DNA from: Rectinemataceae bacterium
GTDB lineage: Bacteria; Spirochaetota; Spirochaetia; Treponematales; Rectinemataceae
Assembly (NCBI GenBank): GCA_035560555.1
Contig: DATMZF010000029.1
Span: forward strand, 4,764 to 68,763
Reading direction: 5' to 3'
Length of the DNA: 64,000 nt
Shown: piece after piece, positions 1 through 10,263 of the stretch
Numbering within the stretch: the stretch's first letter is position 1
How the letters are laid out: the number at the start of each line of letters is the position of its first letter
Notes under the pieces: generated by a model
Told to the model about the DNA's origin: nothing
What the model saw: only the letters and a program-made list of their open reading frames with translations
The model's database searches: none
Program-made: the position numbers and the translations under genes

Positions 1-1
1 T

Positions 2-1537
2 CTGGGAGGCGCGACAGCCGCCTTTGGGGCGACGCCTAAGTCGGGCGGCACATTGAAGGTCGCCGCGTCAAGTCTTCAGAGCCTCCAGCTCTATAAGACC
101 GCCGCGAACGATATCACGGATTCCCAAAGCGTCATCTTCGACACGCTCTTCATTCTCAGCAAGGATGATTTCAAGCCGATACCGTCGCTCGCCGAAAAAT
201 GGACCAATCCCGATCCGCTCACCTGGGTTTTCTCTATCAAGAAAGGCGTTCTCTTCCATGACGACAACCCGGTTTTCCCCAAGGGCACTCGCAGAGAAAT
301 CACCGCCGACGATGTGGTCTACTCCATAGAGTTCATGCAGAAGACGAGCACCGCCTACACCCTCGGCCCCATCACCGGCGTGAAGGCGCTCGATCGCTAT
401 ACGGTGGAAATCACCACCAAGACGCCCCAGCCCTTCCTGGTCAACGACCCCAACAGGCTCTGCCGCATGTGCGTAATCCCCAAGGAAGCCATCGACAAGC
501 TGGGCGAGGATGGTTTCGCGAAACAGCCGATCGGCAGCGGGCCATACAAATTCAAGAGTTTCTCCCCCGACTCAGGCCTGCTTCTGGTCAAAAACGCCTT
601 CTATCGCCTGCCCGTATATCTCGACGCGGTGGAATTCGTGGTCATCCCCGATCCGCTGGCCCAGTCCATCGCGCTCCAGTCAGGCGAAATCGATGTGATC
701 AAGCATCTTTTCAACCTCGAAATGGCCGACAGCTTCGAGAAAAATCCCAAATTCAACGTGGTGAAATCGGGCGGCGGTTCGTACCGTGGTCTCGGCTTCA
801 ATACGACGGTCGCGCCCTACAACAACCCGGCCGTCAGAAAAGCCCTCTCCATGCTTCTGGATATCGATACCGCCTACAAAGCGATCATAGGCGACCATGG
901 CGAACGCGCTTACGGACAGGTTCCGCCATGGGTTCCCTTCGGCTACGATCCCTCGCTGAAAGACCTCTGGATCTATGATCCCGCCCAAGGCCTCAAGATC
1001 CTGGCCGCCAACGGCTTCAAGGATCAGGATGGCGACGGTTTCCTCGATCTCAACGGAAAACCCTTCAAAATCGAGATCAAGACGCTGGCCGGCTCGCAGG
1101 TCAAGGCGCTCACCATTCTCGCGACGCAACTGCGCGAAAAGGGCATCAACGCGAGCGTGCTCACCCAGGATACGGCCGTCTGGGCTGACGATCTTCTCAA
1201 AGGCAACACCACCGTCTTCTTCGACTACAGCTTCGCGGGCACCACCGGATTCCATTCGCTCTTTCACGGAAGCATGATCGGAGCCGCGAACACGCACTTC
1301 TACAACAATCCGGAAGTCAACAAGCTCCTGGACGAAGCCTTGACGAAGGTCAAATTCGACGAGCTTTCTTCCCTCTGGAAGAAAGCCCAGCGCCTAGTAT
1401 TCAAGGACACTGTCGGCATACCTCTCTATTTCGAATACAGCTACGCGGTGGCGAGCAAGAAAGTGGTGGACTTTGTGCCTCCATGGGGCGGCTTGATCCT
1501 CGTCTCAACGGAAAACAACGTCTGGCTCAACAAATAG
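2..1537 (+). CDS. ABC transporter substrate-binding protein, family 5 (peptide/nickel/opine type), 5' partial
   Basis: The reading frame is open from the window edge, with no stop between nt 2 and the listed start at 53. The signal peptide therefore lies upstream of the window. Length and sequence are typical of Opp/Dpp-type binding proteins (GGTLKVA..., KWTNPDPLTWVFSIKKGVLFHD, GSGPYKFKSF). Two permease and two ATPase genes follow. Confidence 0.85.
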   Translation: MGGATAAFGATPKSGGTLKVAASSLQSLQLYKTAANDITDSQSVIFDTLFILSKDDFKPIPSLAEKWTNPDPLTWVFSIKKGVLFHDDNPVFPKGTRREITADDVVYSIEFMQKTSTAYTLGPITGVKALDRYTVEITTKTPQPFLVNDPNRLCRMCVIPKEAIDKLGEDGFAKQPIGSGPYKFKSFSPDSGLLLVKNAFYRLPVYLDAVEFVVIPDPLAQSIALQSGEIDVIKHLFNLEMADSFEKNPKFNVVKSGGGSYRGLGFNTTVAPYNNPAVRKALSMLLDIDTAYKAIIGDHGERAYGQVPPWVPFGYDPSLKDLWIYDPAQGLKILAANGFKDQDGDGFLDLNGKPFKIEIKTLAGSQVKALTILATQLREKGINASVLTQDTAVWADDLLKGNTTVFFDYSFAGTTGFHSLFHGSMIGAANTHFYNNPEVNKLLDEALTKVKFDELSSLWKKAQRLVFKDTVGIPLYFEYSYAVASKKVVDFVPPWGGLILVSTENNVWLNK

Positions 1538-1558
1538 AAAAACTTCCATAGACTCGAT

Positions 1559-1582
1559 CCCGGACTGCATTGACAGCCCGGG
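1559..1582 (+). promoter_or_regulatory. Intercistronic stem-loop after the binding-protein gene
   Basis: CCCGGACTG-cattga-CAGCCCGGG forms a 9-bp stem with one mismatch. It lies in the 72-nt gap between the binding-protein stop (1537) and the permease start (1610). Confidence 0.35.
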
Positions 1583-1609
1583 GCGGGTCCTCGGGCTTGG
1601 AGAGGAAGA

Positions 1610-2557
1610 ATGGGTAAATACCTCGCTCGAAGGATCCTGACGACTATCCCGGTTCTCGTCGGCATCTCCTTCATCGTTTTCGCGTTAGTCTCTTTCGCCC
1701 CGGGCGATTCGATAAGCCTCATGTTAAGTAATGAAACCGTCAACGTCGAAAATGTGGCGAAGCTGAAGGCTGAGCTCGGACTCGATCGCCCTTGGTATGT
1801 TCAGTATGTGTCGTACATGGGAAAACTCGTAAAAGGCGACATGGGGCGATCCGTGCAGTTCAATCGGCCCGTGGCCGAAATGATCGGCGAAAAAATCGGA
1901 AACACCTTCAAGTTGACCATTTTTTCCTGTCTCGTCTCCCTGTGCATCGCCATCCCCCTGGGAGTGCTCGCAGCGGCGCGGCGCAGGTCCATTTTCGATT
2001 ATTCCGCCACTGCCATAGCGCTGGTAGGCGTTTCGATGCCTTCTTTCTATTTGGGGCTTCTCCTCATACTCTTTTTCGGCCTAAGGCTTGGTTGGCTCCC
2101 CATACGCGGACTTCCCACCTACGACTCGACCTTCCTGAAACAGATACGCTATCTCATTCTGCCCTCGATCACCTTGGGGAGCAGCATGGCGGGCATCCTC
2201 ACGAGGCTCACGCGGGCCACCATGATCGAGGCGCTGGGCCAGGATTTCGCGAGGACGGCCAGAGCCAAAGGGCAGAGCGAAATGGGCGTGCTCTTCAAAC
2301 ATGCCTTTCCGAACGCCTTCCTTCCGATACTTACGACCTTCGGCATGCAGTTCGGCTCGCTGCTGGGCGGCGCCGTCATCATAGAGACGATATTTTCCCT
2401 GCCCGGACTCGGCATGCTGGCCATGAACGCCGTAAAATTCAGGGACCTCCCGCTCATCCAGGGGACGGTGCTCGTGTTCGCGGTCTGCTTCGTGGCGGTC
2501 ATGCTCATCGTGGATATTCTGTATGTCTTCATAGATCCGAGGATCAGGTACGATTGA
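1610..2557 (+). CDS. ABC transporter permease (DppB/OppB-like)
   Basis: N-terminus MGKYLARRIL..IPVL..SFIVF is typical of the family. It has multiple hydrophobic segments, the BPD-transport core (ARAKGQSE...HAFPNA) and the C-terminal IDPRIRY motif. Confidence 0.9.
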   Translation: MGKYLARRILTTIPVLVGISFIVFALVSFAPGDSISLMLSNETVNVENVAKLKAELGLDRPWYVQYVSYMGKLVKGDMGRSVQFNRPVAEMIGEKIGNTFKLTIFSCLVSLCIAIPLGVLAAARRRSIFDYSATAIALVGVSMPSFYLGLLLILFFGLRLGWLPIRGLPTYDSTFLKQIRYLILPSITLGSSMAGILTRLTRATMIEALGQDFARTARAKGQSEMGVLFKHAFPNAFLPILTTFGMQFGSLLGGAVIIETIFSLPGLGMLAMNAVKFRDLPLIQGTVLVFAVCFVAVMLIVDILYVFIDPRIRYD

Positions 2558-2558
2558 T

Positions 2559-3431
2559 ATGAAAAAACGGAACACTATATTCTCCGGCGCCCCGCGGCTC
2601 CTCAAGGTTTTCGCCCGTCACAAGTTGGGCATCGTCGGTCTGATCGCGTTGTCCGCCTTCATCATTATCGCGGTATTCGCCCCGGTGCTGGTGCGATTCG
2701 ATCCCTATACCATGGACCTGGAACACGCCTTCGTGCCGGCGGGAAGCGGCGGGCATCTGCTGGGCACCGATAATTTCGGCAGGGACACCCTGTCGCGGCT
2801 GGCCTACGGGGCGCGCATCTCCCTTCTCATCGGCATCGTCGTCGTGACGTTGGCCGCCGTTGTAGGTACTATTTTGGGACTTCTCTCCGGCTACTATGGC
2901 GGATGGGTGGATTTCACCGTCATGCGTCTCGTGGAAGTGTTCTATTCCTTTCCCTTCCTCATCCTCGTCATCGCGGTGATGGCCATACTCGGACCGAGCA
3001 TCTTCAATGTCATGTGGGTGCTGGGACTCGTGCATTGGCCCAGCTACGCCAGGCTCGTGCGGGGCCAGGTGCTTTCGCTCAGGAATATCGAGTATATCCA
3101 GGCGGCCAAGACGACGGGCTGCAGCGACGCGCGCATCATATTCAGGCACATAATGCCCAACACCATTACCCCCATAATCGTGCAGGCGACCTTGGGAATT
3201 CCTGGAGCGATCCTCTCCTCGGCGGCGCTGGGCTTTCTCGGCTTCGGCGTTCAGCAGCCGACGCCGGAATGGGGCTCGATGGTGAACGAGGGCAAGGATT
3301 ACATACTTCTCAATTCAGACATGATTCTCTGGCCGGGACTCTGCATTTTCTTGGTCGTGCTGAGTTTCAACTTCATCGGCGACGCGTTGCGCGATACGCT
3401 CGACCCCCGACTCTCGAAACAGCTTAAATAG
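2559..3431 (+). CDS. ABC transporter permease (DppC/OppC-like)
   Basis: The ATG lies 1 nt after the upstream stop. It carries the HLLGTDNFGRD motif, the EYIQAAKTTG permease loop and the C-terminal DTLDPRL motif. Confidence 0.9.
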   Translation: MKKRNTIFSGAPRLLKVFARHKLGIVGLIALSAFIIIAVFAPVLVRFDPYTMDLEHAFVPAGSGGHLLGTDNFGRDTLSRLAYGARISLLIGIVVVTLAAVVGTILGLLSGYYGGWVDFTVMRLVEVFYSFPFLILVIAVMAILGPSIFNVMWVLGLVHWPSYARLVRGQVLSLRNIEYIQAAKTTGCSDARIIFRHIMPNTITPIIVQATLGIPGAILSSAALGFLGFGVQQPTPEWGSMVNEGKDYILLNSDMILWPGLCIFLVVLSFNFIGDALRDTLDPRLSKQLK

Positions 3432-3441
3432 GAGCGCTTCC

Positions 3442-4791
3442 ATGACTATAGACGAAAGACTTTCCCGCGTGCCCGCCTTTACCCAGTTCTACGGAACCGA
3501 CGAGCTTTACGGCCACGCGAAACGCGTGGCTGAGGCCAATCCCGGCTTCTGCGGCCTGACCTATGTCGGCCAATCCAAAAATGGGGAGAAGATCCCCATG
3601 GTCACGGTGGGAAATGGCCCGACTTCCATACTTCTTTTCGCCTCGCCCCATCCGAACGAGCCCATCGGCGCGATGATGGCCTATTTCCTCCTCGACGAAC
3701 TCGCGGCCAGCCCCGAAATGCGCGAGGGGAGAACCTGGAACATCATTCCCTGCATCGACCCTGACGGCACGAGGCGCAACGAGGGCTGGTTCAAGGGGCC
3801 TTACACGCTCAAGAACTACGCCCGCGATTTCTACAGGCCGAGGGGAGACGACCAGGCCGAATGGACCTTTCCCGTGGAATATAAAACCTTCAAGTTCGAC
3901 AAGCCAATACCCGAGACGAAGGCGCTCATGAAAGCCATCGACATCACCCGGCCGGCGGTCATGTACTCGCTTCACAATTCCGGCTTCGGCGGCGCCTATT
4001 ACTATATTTCGCGGCCGCTCGAGTCGGCCTACGCCGACTTCCATCGCCTGCCCACCGAACGCGGGTTGTCGCTTTCCCTCGGGGAGCCTGAGGCCCCCTA
4101 CTGCAAGGAGCTGTATCCTGCGGTCTACGCCACCAACTTCGCCAGCGACGCGTACGACTATTTCGAAAAATTCGGCAAAGGCGATCCCGCGAAGTATATG
4201 TTCGGCGGCGGATCCTCGAGGGACTACGCGGAAACGGTCAGCAAGCCTTTCACCCTCATCGCGGAAGTTCCCTATTTCAAGACCGCCAAAATCGCCGACA
4301 CGAGCCCCGTGGGCAAGAAGCGTGGGACCGTGGTGCTGGACGGCATCGAGCGCTCGCGCGCCTTGCTGACCTTCGCGAAAAAGGTGGTGGATGACACTTT
4401 AGCGCTGCTGACCGAGGAACCCGTGCTGCGCGACGCTTCCGCCAGCTTCATTGGGCAGATGCTGAACAGAATGGACGGCGAAAAAGCCTGGGCGATGTCC
4501 AAGGAAATCATGGAGGAGGAAGCGACAGTGGCACAGGAAGCCCATGCCCTCTATATCACTCCCTTCTATCAGGGGATCATCATTTCGATGTACCGCAGGG
4601 CGCTCAAGGCTCAGCTGGCGAAGGAATACAATCCCATCATCGAAGAGGCTTACAAAACGCTGGACGCGAAGATCGACGCCATGATGGACGAGATCGGAAA
4701 AGCGCTCGACTACGGCACCGTCGCCATACGCGATCTCGTCCAGATTCAGTACGGCGCCCTCCTGGCCGTGCTCAATGGACTGGGGCTCTGA
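3442..4791 (+). CDS. M14-family zinc carboxypeptidase-like protein, no signal peptide
   Basis: The M14 landmarks occur in canonical order: SPHPNEP (HxxE zinc ligands), [10 protein letters not shown] (third ligand His) and [10 protein letters not shown] (catalytic Glu). The gene is embedded in the ABC operon, and its TGA overlaps the next ATG (TGATG at 4789-4793). Confidence 0.7.
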   Translation: MTIDERLSRVPAFTQFYGTDELYGHAKRVAEANPGFCGLTYVGQSKNGEKIPMVTVGNGPTSILLFASPHPNEPIGAMMAYFLLDELAASPEMREGRTWNIIPCIDPDGTRRNEGWFKGPYTLKNYARDFYRPRGDDQAEWTFPVEYKTFKFDKPIPETKALMKAIDITRPAVMYSLHNSGFGGAYYYISRPLESAYADFHRLPTERGLSLSLGEPEAPYCKELYPAVYATNFASDAYDYFEKFGKGDPAKYMFGGGSSRDYAETVSKPFTLIAEVPYFKTAKIADTSPVGKKRGTVVLDGIERSRALLTFAKKVVDDTLALLTEEPVLRDASASFIGQMLNRMDGEKAWAMSKEIMEEEATVAQEAHALYITPFYQGIIISMYRRALKAQLAKEYNPIIEEAYKTLDAKIDAMMDEIGKALDYGTVAIRDLVQIQYGALLAVLNGLGL

Positions 4792-5837
4792 TGGAGGGGA
4801 TCGTGGCCGACAATTTGCTCGAAGTGAAGGACCTGAGGACATATTTCAGGACCGAGGAAGGTGTCGTAAAGGCCGTGGACGGCATCAGTTTCAACCTCGA
4901 AAGAGGAAAGACCCTAGGCATCGTTGGAGAGTCCGGCTGCGGGAAAAGCGTGACATCGCTTTCGATCATGCGCCTGATCCCGAACCCGCCCGGGAAGATC
5001 GTGAGCGGCAGCATCGTTTTCGATGGCAAGGATCTGCTGGCGAAGACCGAAAAGCAGATGCGCGGAATCAGGGGAAACGACATCTCCATGATTTTCCAGG
5101 AGCCCATGACGAGCCTGAATCCCATCATGAAGGTGGGAACCCAGATATCGGAGGCCATCCTCCTCCACCAGAAGATAGGCGCGGCCGATGCCAGGAAAAA
5201 GGCGATAGAGATGCTCACTCGCGTGGGCATCCCCCTCCCCGAAAAACGCATGGACTCCTATCCACACCAGCTCTCAGGCGGCATGCGCCAGCGAGTGATG
5301 ATCGCCATGGCTCTGTCGTGCAACTCGAAACTCCTCATCGCCGACGAGCCGACGACGGCCCTCGATGTCACCATACAGGCCCAGATCATAGATCTCATGA
5401 AAAAAATGCGCTCGGAATTCGGCGCCTCCATAATCCTCATCACCCATGATCTGGGCGTGGTCGCCGGCCTCGCGGACGATGTCGTCGTCATGTACGCGGG
5501 AAAAATCGTGGAAAAAGCCGATGTCAGGAATATTTTCAAGGACGCGAGACACCCCTATACCATCGGCCTGCTCCAGTCCATTCCCCGCATCGACCAGGAG
5601 GTTGAGCGACTTCAAGCGATCGAGGGAGTCGTGCCGAACCAGCGGGAGATGCCCCCAGGCTGCGCTTTCTGCCCGCGCTGCGTCCGCGCGACGGAGCGCT
5701 GCGTGACCGAGGTGCCGCCGCTGGAATCTTTCGCCGCGGGAAAACGCGCCGTGGCATGCTGGAACGCGGCGACAGATGCGTCCGTCGCGATGAGCGATGC
5801 GGGAAACGCGTCGATGGATGGAGGAATAGCGAAATGA
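4791..5837 (+). CDS. ABC transporter ATP-binding protein (DppD/OppD-like)
   Basis: Walker A GESGCGKS, signature LSGGMRQR and Walker [13 protein letters not shown] are present. It has the C-terminal oligopeptide-type extension with a Cys cluster (GCAFCPRC). Confidence 0.9.
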   Translation: MEGIVADNLLEVKDLRTYFRTEEGVVKAVDGISFNLERGKTLGIVGESGCGKSVTSLSIMRLIPNPPGKIVSGSIVFDGKDLLAKTEKQMRGIRGNDISMIFQEPMTSLNPIMKVGTQISEAILLHQKIGAADARKKAIEMLTRVGIPLPEKRMDSYPHQLSGGMRQRVMIAMALSCNSKLLIADEPTTALDVTIQAQIIDLMKKMRSEFGASIILITHDLGVVAGLADDVVVMYAGKIVEKADVRNIFKDARHPYTIGLLQSIPRIDQEVERLQAIEGVVPNQREMPPGCAFCPRCVRATERCVTEVPPLESFAAGKRAVACWNAATDASVAMSDAGNASMDGGIAK

Positions 5838-6802
5838 AGGAAGACGCGGCGATACTGGAAGTCAAGGATCTTGTCAAACACTTTCCTTCCCCGGCCGGTT
5901 CGGTGAAAGCGGTCGACGGCATTTCGTTCGGCATCCTGGAGGGCGAGACGCTCGGCATGGTGGGAGAGTCCGGCTGCGGAAAATCGACGACCGGAAAAGT
6001 GCTGATCCGGCTCGAAAACCCGACATCGGGGTCGGCGCGCTTCGAGGGCAAGGACATTTTCACGATCCCGAAAAGCGACATGAAAGCCTTCAGGAGAAAG
6101 GTGCAGATCGTCTTCCAGGACCCATTCGCGTCCCTCGATCCGCGAATGACGGTGGGCGAAATCATCGGCGAACCGCTTCTGGTGCACAACCTCGTCGCCC
6201 GAAACCTGATGAAGGCCAGAGTCCAGGAACTTTTAAAAATGGTCGGCCTCGACGCGTCGCATGCCGACCGCTACCCTCACGAATTTTCGGGCGGCCAACG
6301 TCAGAGAATCGGAATAGCCCGCGCGCTCGCCGTGGAACCGAGACTCATCATCTGCGACGAACCTGTCTCAGCCCTGGACGTGTCCATTCAGGCGCAGATC
6401 ATCAATCTCCTCAAGGATCTGCAGCGCAGCTGCGGGCTCACCTATCTCTTCATCGCCCACGATCTTTCGGTCGTCAAGCATATTTCCGACAGAATCTGCG
6501 TCATGTATCTGGGTAAAATAGTCGAGACCGCCGACAAGCGGGCGCTTTTCGCCAAACCTCTGCACCCCTATACGCAAGCCCTGCTTTCCGCCATTCCCGT
6601 TCCCGATCCCGACAGGCAGGAAGAGCGGATACTGCTTGAGGGAGACGCGCCCTCACCCGTCTCGCCGCCGGCCGGCTGCCGGTTCCACACGCGCTGCGCC
6701 TACGCCTTCGACCTCTGTAAACGCGAGGAGCCGTCCATGCTCGAGTACGGCGACAGGCACTTCTGCGCCTGTCACGCCCTCAATAGGAAAAAGCCGAAAT
6801 AG
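5834..6802 (+). CDS. ABC transporter ATP-binding protein (DppF/OppF-like)
   Basis: I trimmed the track ORF (5756) to the ATG at 5834, which overlaps the upstream stop (ATGA). Walker [10 protein letters not shown], signature FSGGQRQR, Walker [13 protein letters not shown] and C-terminal GCRFHTRC are present. Confidence 0.88.
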   Translation: MKEDAAILEVKDLVKHFPSPAGSVKAVDGISFGILEGETLGMVGESGCGKSTTGKVLIRLENPTSGSARFEGKDIFTIPKSDMKAFRRKVQIVFQDPFASLDPRMTVGEIIGEPLLVHNLVARNLMKARVQELLKMVGLDASHADRYPHEFSGGQRQRIGIARALAVEPRLIICDEPVSALDVSIQAQIINLLKDLQRSCGLTYLFIAHDLSVVKHISDRICVMYLGKIVETADKRALFAKPLHPYTQALLSAIPVPDPDRQEERILLEGDAPSPVSPPAGCRFHTRCAYAFDLCKREEPSMLEYGDRHFCACHALNRKKPK

Positions 6803-7021
6803 AAGCCCCGGGTTCGGTTCTCTTGCCCTACGATCAGATTACGGCCGCGAGCGCCGCCCAGATCATCGGATCCAAAGACAGAACGTTGATCGTCTATCGC
6901 CGCGGGGGGCGGAGAAGCGCGGCATCATCAAGGGCAATCCCAGATGATCGAGCTGCCGCGCCCCCGCGGTCTTAGCCTAACCTTTAGCTTTGGCGTTAAA
7001 TCTTTTCCGACTGCGCGTATC

Positions 7022-8728
7022 TCACTCTCCCGCGAGCGGGGCGGCCCCTGCGGGCAGGGTCTGCCCCGGCGCCCAGCCCTCCGGAGGCGCCCAGCCTTCC
7101 GGAGGAGTCCAGCCATCCGGAGGCGGACCCATGCCCGGCCCGCCGGGGCCTCCAGGGCCCATGTCGAATATCATGCCGCCGATCTTGGTGATCCTTTCGC
7201 TGATCGTGAAGGTCGCGGACACGGTCCCGTCGACAAGAATCGTGTACTGGCCCCCTGTTTTAAGTCCGGGGGCCGACATAATCAGGGTTGGCGAGGTTTT
7301 GGGAACCGTGAAGGCGAATACCGTCGCTCCCTTCTCGTCCTTTATCGCGAAGGAGCTGCCAGCGGCGTAGCCGCCGGCGATCAGCACATTCTGGGCGCAG
7401 GCTTCGGCGGTGGGACCGCTTGTCATCCCACCAACTCCCACCAGCGTGCCGCCTGTTATGGCGAAATTGTTCATGTCGCAGTCGAAGGGACCTTCAGGGG
7501 GATTGGCGCCTACGGACAGGATGGTGCCGCCCGCCAGGGTGAGCGTTCCGTTGGAATCGATGGCGTCGTTGGCGCTGCTGACCACGTCGACATATCCTCC
7601 GTCTATGACGATGGAGTCGCCCGCGTTGAGGCAGTCGTCGGCAGTCCTTGCGAGGATGTAGCCGCCATGGACGACGAGGTCGGATTTCCCCTCGATGCCT
7701 TCCGGACTGCAGCTCACAAGCAACCCCTCGGCGTTTTTCTTTTCGTAGGGCGTTCCCGACGTGGTCACTTTTATGACGCCGGCGTTGATGATGACATCGG
7801 GATTGGGATCGTCCGCCTTGTCGGGCGTCGTGGCGTCCTCGTCTATGTCCCAGCCGGCGGTGATGGCCTTCCCGACCGTCGCGATAGTGATGTAGCCGCC
7901 GTTGACGACGATGGCGCCCTTGCCGGGCGCGCTCTCCGTTCCATCGACCTTTATGCCCTTGCTCTCCTCGTCCACGCCGGCGCCTGTTCCCGCGATGCTG
8001 AGAACGCCGTCATCGAAGATGAAGCCCTGATCGGTCCTGATGCCGTCCCTGGCGCTCACGGCGACGTTGAGCGATCCGCCCCTCACGCGCACATATTCCT
8101 TCGAATAGATTCCATGTTTGTAGTTTCCGTCGACATTCAGGACGCCGCCGCCGCTGATGATGATGCGCCCTTTGCCGCTCAACGCGGCTTTTTCGTCCAG
8201 TTCCTTCACCCGCTTGGCGGTGTCGGTCAGGCTGTTGGTCGACCCTTCGGCGAGGACGATGAAGGCTCTTTTCTTGGACTGCAGGTTGAGCGCTGGTCCG
8301 TCGACCGCGACGATCGACACGCCATCGAGGTAGAGTTCGTAAGGAGCGTCGCTGGCGAAGGTCAGCGTTCCCGCTAAAGCGCCCTTAAGGTTGTAGTGGA
8401 TGGAAGCGGCGGTCTTGGCCGTGACCGTGACCCCATACGCTGTCCTGGCGACCGTGAGGCCGTCCAGGACGGTCAAGGGCGTATCAAAAAATGTCCTCGG
8501 CGCCGCGGCGTCGAGGGCGACACTGCCCAAGGAAAGATCGATGGCGACGACATGGTCGAAAGCGATGGACTCCACCAGATCCGCGGCGTCATAACCTATG
8601 GCGGCGGGCCCCGCCACCGAGCGGGCATAGGGAGCGAGATCCCCGGGATTCATCGCCACAGGCGCCGCCTGGGCAAAAACGCTGAAAGCGAGAAGCGCGC
8701 CAAACATGATCGCCGGCAATTTTTTCAT
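7022..8728 (-). CDS. Secreted beta-helix protein, Cthe_2159-like carbohydrate-binding family, with a Pro/Gly/Trp-rich C-terminal tail
   Basis: Signal peptide MKKLPAIMFGALLAFSVFAQA. Repeated beta-helix turn motifs resemble PF14262-type proteins (NVDGNYKHGIYSKEYVRVRGGSLNVAVSARDGIR, VVNGGYITIATVGKAITAG, NDAIDSNGTLTLAGGTI). The C-terminus is GPGGPGGPGMGPPPDGWTPPEGWAPPEGWAPGQ. Confidence 0.7.
   Translation of the reverse strand: MKKLPAIMFGALLAFSVFAQAAPVAMNPGDLAPYARSVAGPAAIGYDAADLVESIAFDHVVAIDLSLGSVALDAAAPRTFFDTPLTVLDGLTVARTAYGVTVTAKTAASIHYNLKGALAGTLTFASDAPYELYLDGVSIVAVDGPALNLQSKKRAFIVLAEGSTNSLTDTAKRVKELDEKAALSGKGRIIISGGGVLNVDGNYKHGIYSKEYVRVRGGSLNVAVSARDGIRTDQGFIFDDGVLSIAGTGAGVDEESKGIKVDGTESAPGKGAIVVNGGYITIATVGKAITAGWDIDEDATTPDKADDPNPDVIINAGVIKVTTSGTPYEKKNAEGLLVSCSPEGIEGKSDLVVHGGYILARTADDCLNAGDSIVIDGGYVDVVSSANDAIDSNGTLTLAGGTILSVGANPPEGPFDCDMNNFAITGGTLVGVGGMTSGPTAEACAQNVLIAGGYAAGSSFAIKDEKGATVFAFTVPKTSPTLIMSAPGLKTGGQYTILVDGTVSATFTISERITKIGGMIFDMGPGGPGGPGMGPPPDGWTPPEGWAPPEGWAPGQTLPAGAAPLAGE
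7071..7124 (-). repeat. 3 x 18-bp tandem repeat encoding PPEGWA units
   Basis: Plus-strand units are gcccagccctccggaggc / gcccagccttccggagga / gtccagccatccggaggc. On the coding strand they translate to (P/T)PEGWA repeats. Confidence 0.85.
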
Positions 8729-8880
8729 GGATTCTCTCCTGAAGCGACGCCGCGCCCATAGAGAGCCGCGGTCAAAGATAGTTTTTAAGTATAGCCATTT
8801 TTCGGCTCCCGCGCGGTTAAAGAATATTAAAGAAAGAAACGCTTGTGCGCCTTCGGCGGTGGTGCTATCGTTTACCGGCC

Positions 8881-10263
8881 ATGGCCAGCCACAACGTGAA
8901 GAACATCGCGCCGATCGGCGGCGCGCGAGCCATTCAGTTCCTCACCAAACCCCTTGTCAGGCCAGGCGTCATCGCCTTCTTCAGGCTGATATCCCCCTTC
9001 TACCTCCGCGCCCTTCTCGGTTTCCGCTCTGTCGACCTGCGCCACGCGGAGCGTTTCGTGAACGCCTACAAGGATTTCTACGATAAAAAGACCCGCCTCA
9101 TTATCGCCTTCCGGCACCCCTACGGCGACGAAGCCCAACTCATGGCATATGTGATCGGCAAAATGATAGGCGTGGAAGCCAAAAAGCGCGGCATCGTCCT
9201 GGCCCGGAAGCCGCACGCCTATTTTGTCCACGGCTACGAGGTGCCTCTCTGGGCGGGCGCCTTCGAGCGCTGGCTCCTGCCTCGCGTCGGGGCCATTCCC
9301 ATCTACCACACTAAATTCGATACAGGCAGCATCAAGCAGATTCGCTCCCTGATGAAGGATGGCGACCATCCGCTCGCCCTGGCGCCCGAAGGCCAGGTTT
9401 CCTACTCGAGCGATTTGCTCCCCCGGCTCGAATCGGGCACCTCGCGCATCTGCGCGTGGTGCGCTGCCGACCTCGCGAGGGAGAGCCGCCAGGAAAATGT
9501 GGTGATCCTTCCTATTTCAATTCACCACCGCTGGGGCGCGGATTCGGCGGGCGATCTCGATTGCCTTATCGAGACGATCGAGAAGGAATGCGGCATCGCG
9601 TCGCCGACAAAAGCATCGCGATTTTGCCGCCTCTCGGCCGCGGCCGAGGCCATCCTCGCGACGGCCGAAGACCATTACGCGCGCTTCTACGCGGCGCCCC
9701 TGCCACGCCCGGGAAATCCCTCGAGAGACGAGCGACTCCGCGACCTCTGCGAAGCCGCCCTATCGACCGCCGAACAAGCCTTCCACCTCAGGCCCGACGG
9801 AGACACGATCAGGCGCGTCTACAAGATCCGCCAGGCCGGCTGGGACAGGATCTTCCGCGAGGACATTCCCGATCCGGAAGCGCTGCCCGGCCTGCGAAAA
9901 GCCCTTGCCGACCGTGTCGCGGGAGAAGCCTGGTACGTTTCCCGGCACATGGAACTCGTCGACCTCGCCTTCTATCTGGATTTCGAGCGCCTGAAAGAGG
10001 ACGATCCCCTCGAGCGCTTCATCGAGACGGCCCAAAACTATTACGATTTTCTTTCCCGCCTCAAAGGTGGTAATATTACCAACCGCATCGGCATCAAGGG
10101 CAAGGAAGCGATCGTCATCGCGGGAGAGTCGATCTCCGCCACGGAACGCCTTTCGGCTTTCGGGCACAACAGGAAGGCGGCGATCGAATCCCTGGACGAG
10201 GATCTCAAGCGCGAATTCATACGCTGCATAGAAGAAATATCAAAGGAAAGAAAAAATGGCTGA
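8881..10263 (+). CDS. PlsC-like (lysophospholipid) acyltransferase family protein with a helical C-terminal domain
   Basis: I trimmed the track ORF (GTG 8845) to the ATG at 8881. Acyltransferase block I-like FRHPYGDE and block III-like LAPEGQVS are present. The stop overlaps the start of the downstream MFS gene by 8 nt. Confidence 0.6.
   Translation: MASHNVKNIAPIGGARAIQFLTKPLVRPGVIAFFRLISPFYLRALLGFRSVDLRHAERFVNAYKDFYDKKTRLIIAFRHPYGDEAQLMAYVIGKMIGVEAKKRGIVLARKPHAYFVHGYEVPLWAGAFERWLLPRVGAIPIYHTKFDTGSIKQIRSLMKDGDHPLALAPEGQVSYSSDLLPRLESGTSRICAWCAADLARESRQENVVILPISIHHRWGADSAGDLDCLIETIEKECGIASPTKASRFCRLSAAAEAILATAEDHYARFYAAPLPRPGNPSRDERLRDLCEAALSTAEQAFHLRPDGDTIRRVYKIRQAGWDRIFREDIPDPEALPGLRKALADRVAGEAWYVSRHMELVDLAFYLDFERLKEDDPLERFIETAQNYYDFLSRLKGGNITNRIGIKGKEAIVIAGESISATERLSAFGHNRKAAIESLDEDLKREFIRCIEEISKERKNG

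Noticed and set aside
6899-6969. Long GC-rich inverted repeat (GCCGCGGGGGGCGG ... CCGCGCCCCCGCGG with an inner CATCATC/GATGATC pairing) between convergent genes
   Set aside because: It may act as a terminator or be a REP-like element. The pairing is imperfect, the loop is long, and I found no second copy in the window. I left it unannotated.
6944-8377. 477-aa plus-strand ORF overlapping the beta-helix gene
   Set aside because: It is antisense to 7022..8728, which has a signal peptide and recognisable repeats. The product is Arg/Gly/Ala/Asp-rich with no motifs, a typical high-GC antisense artefact.
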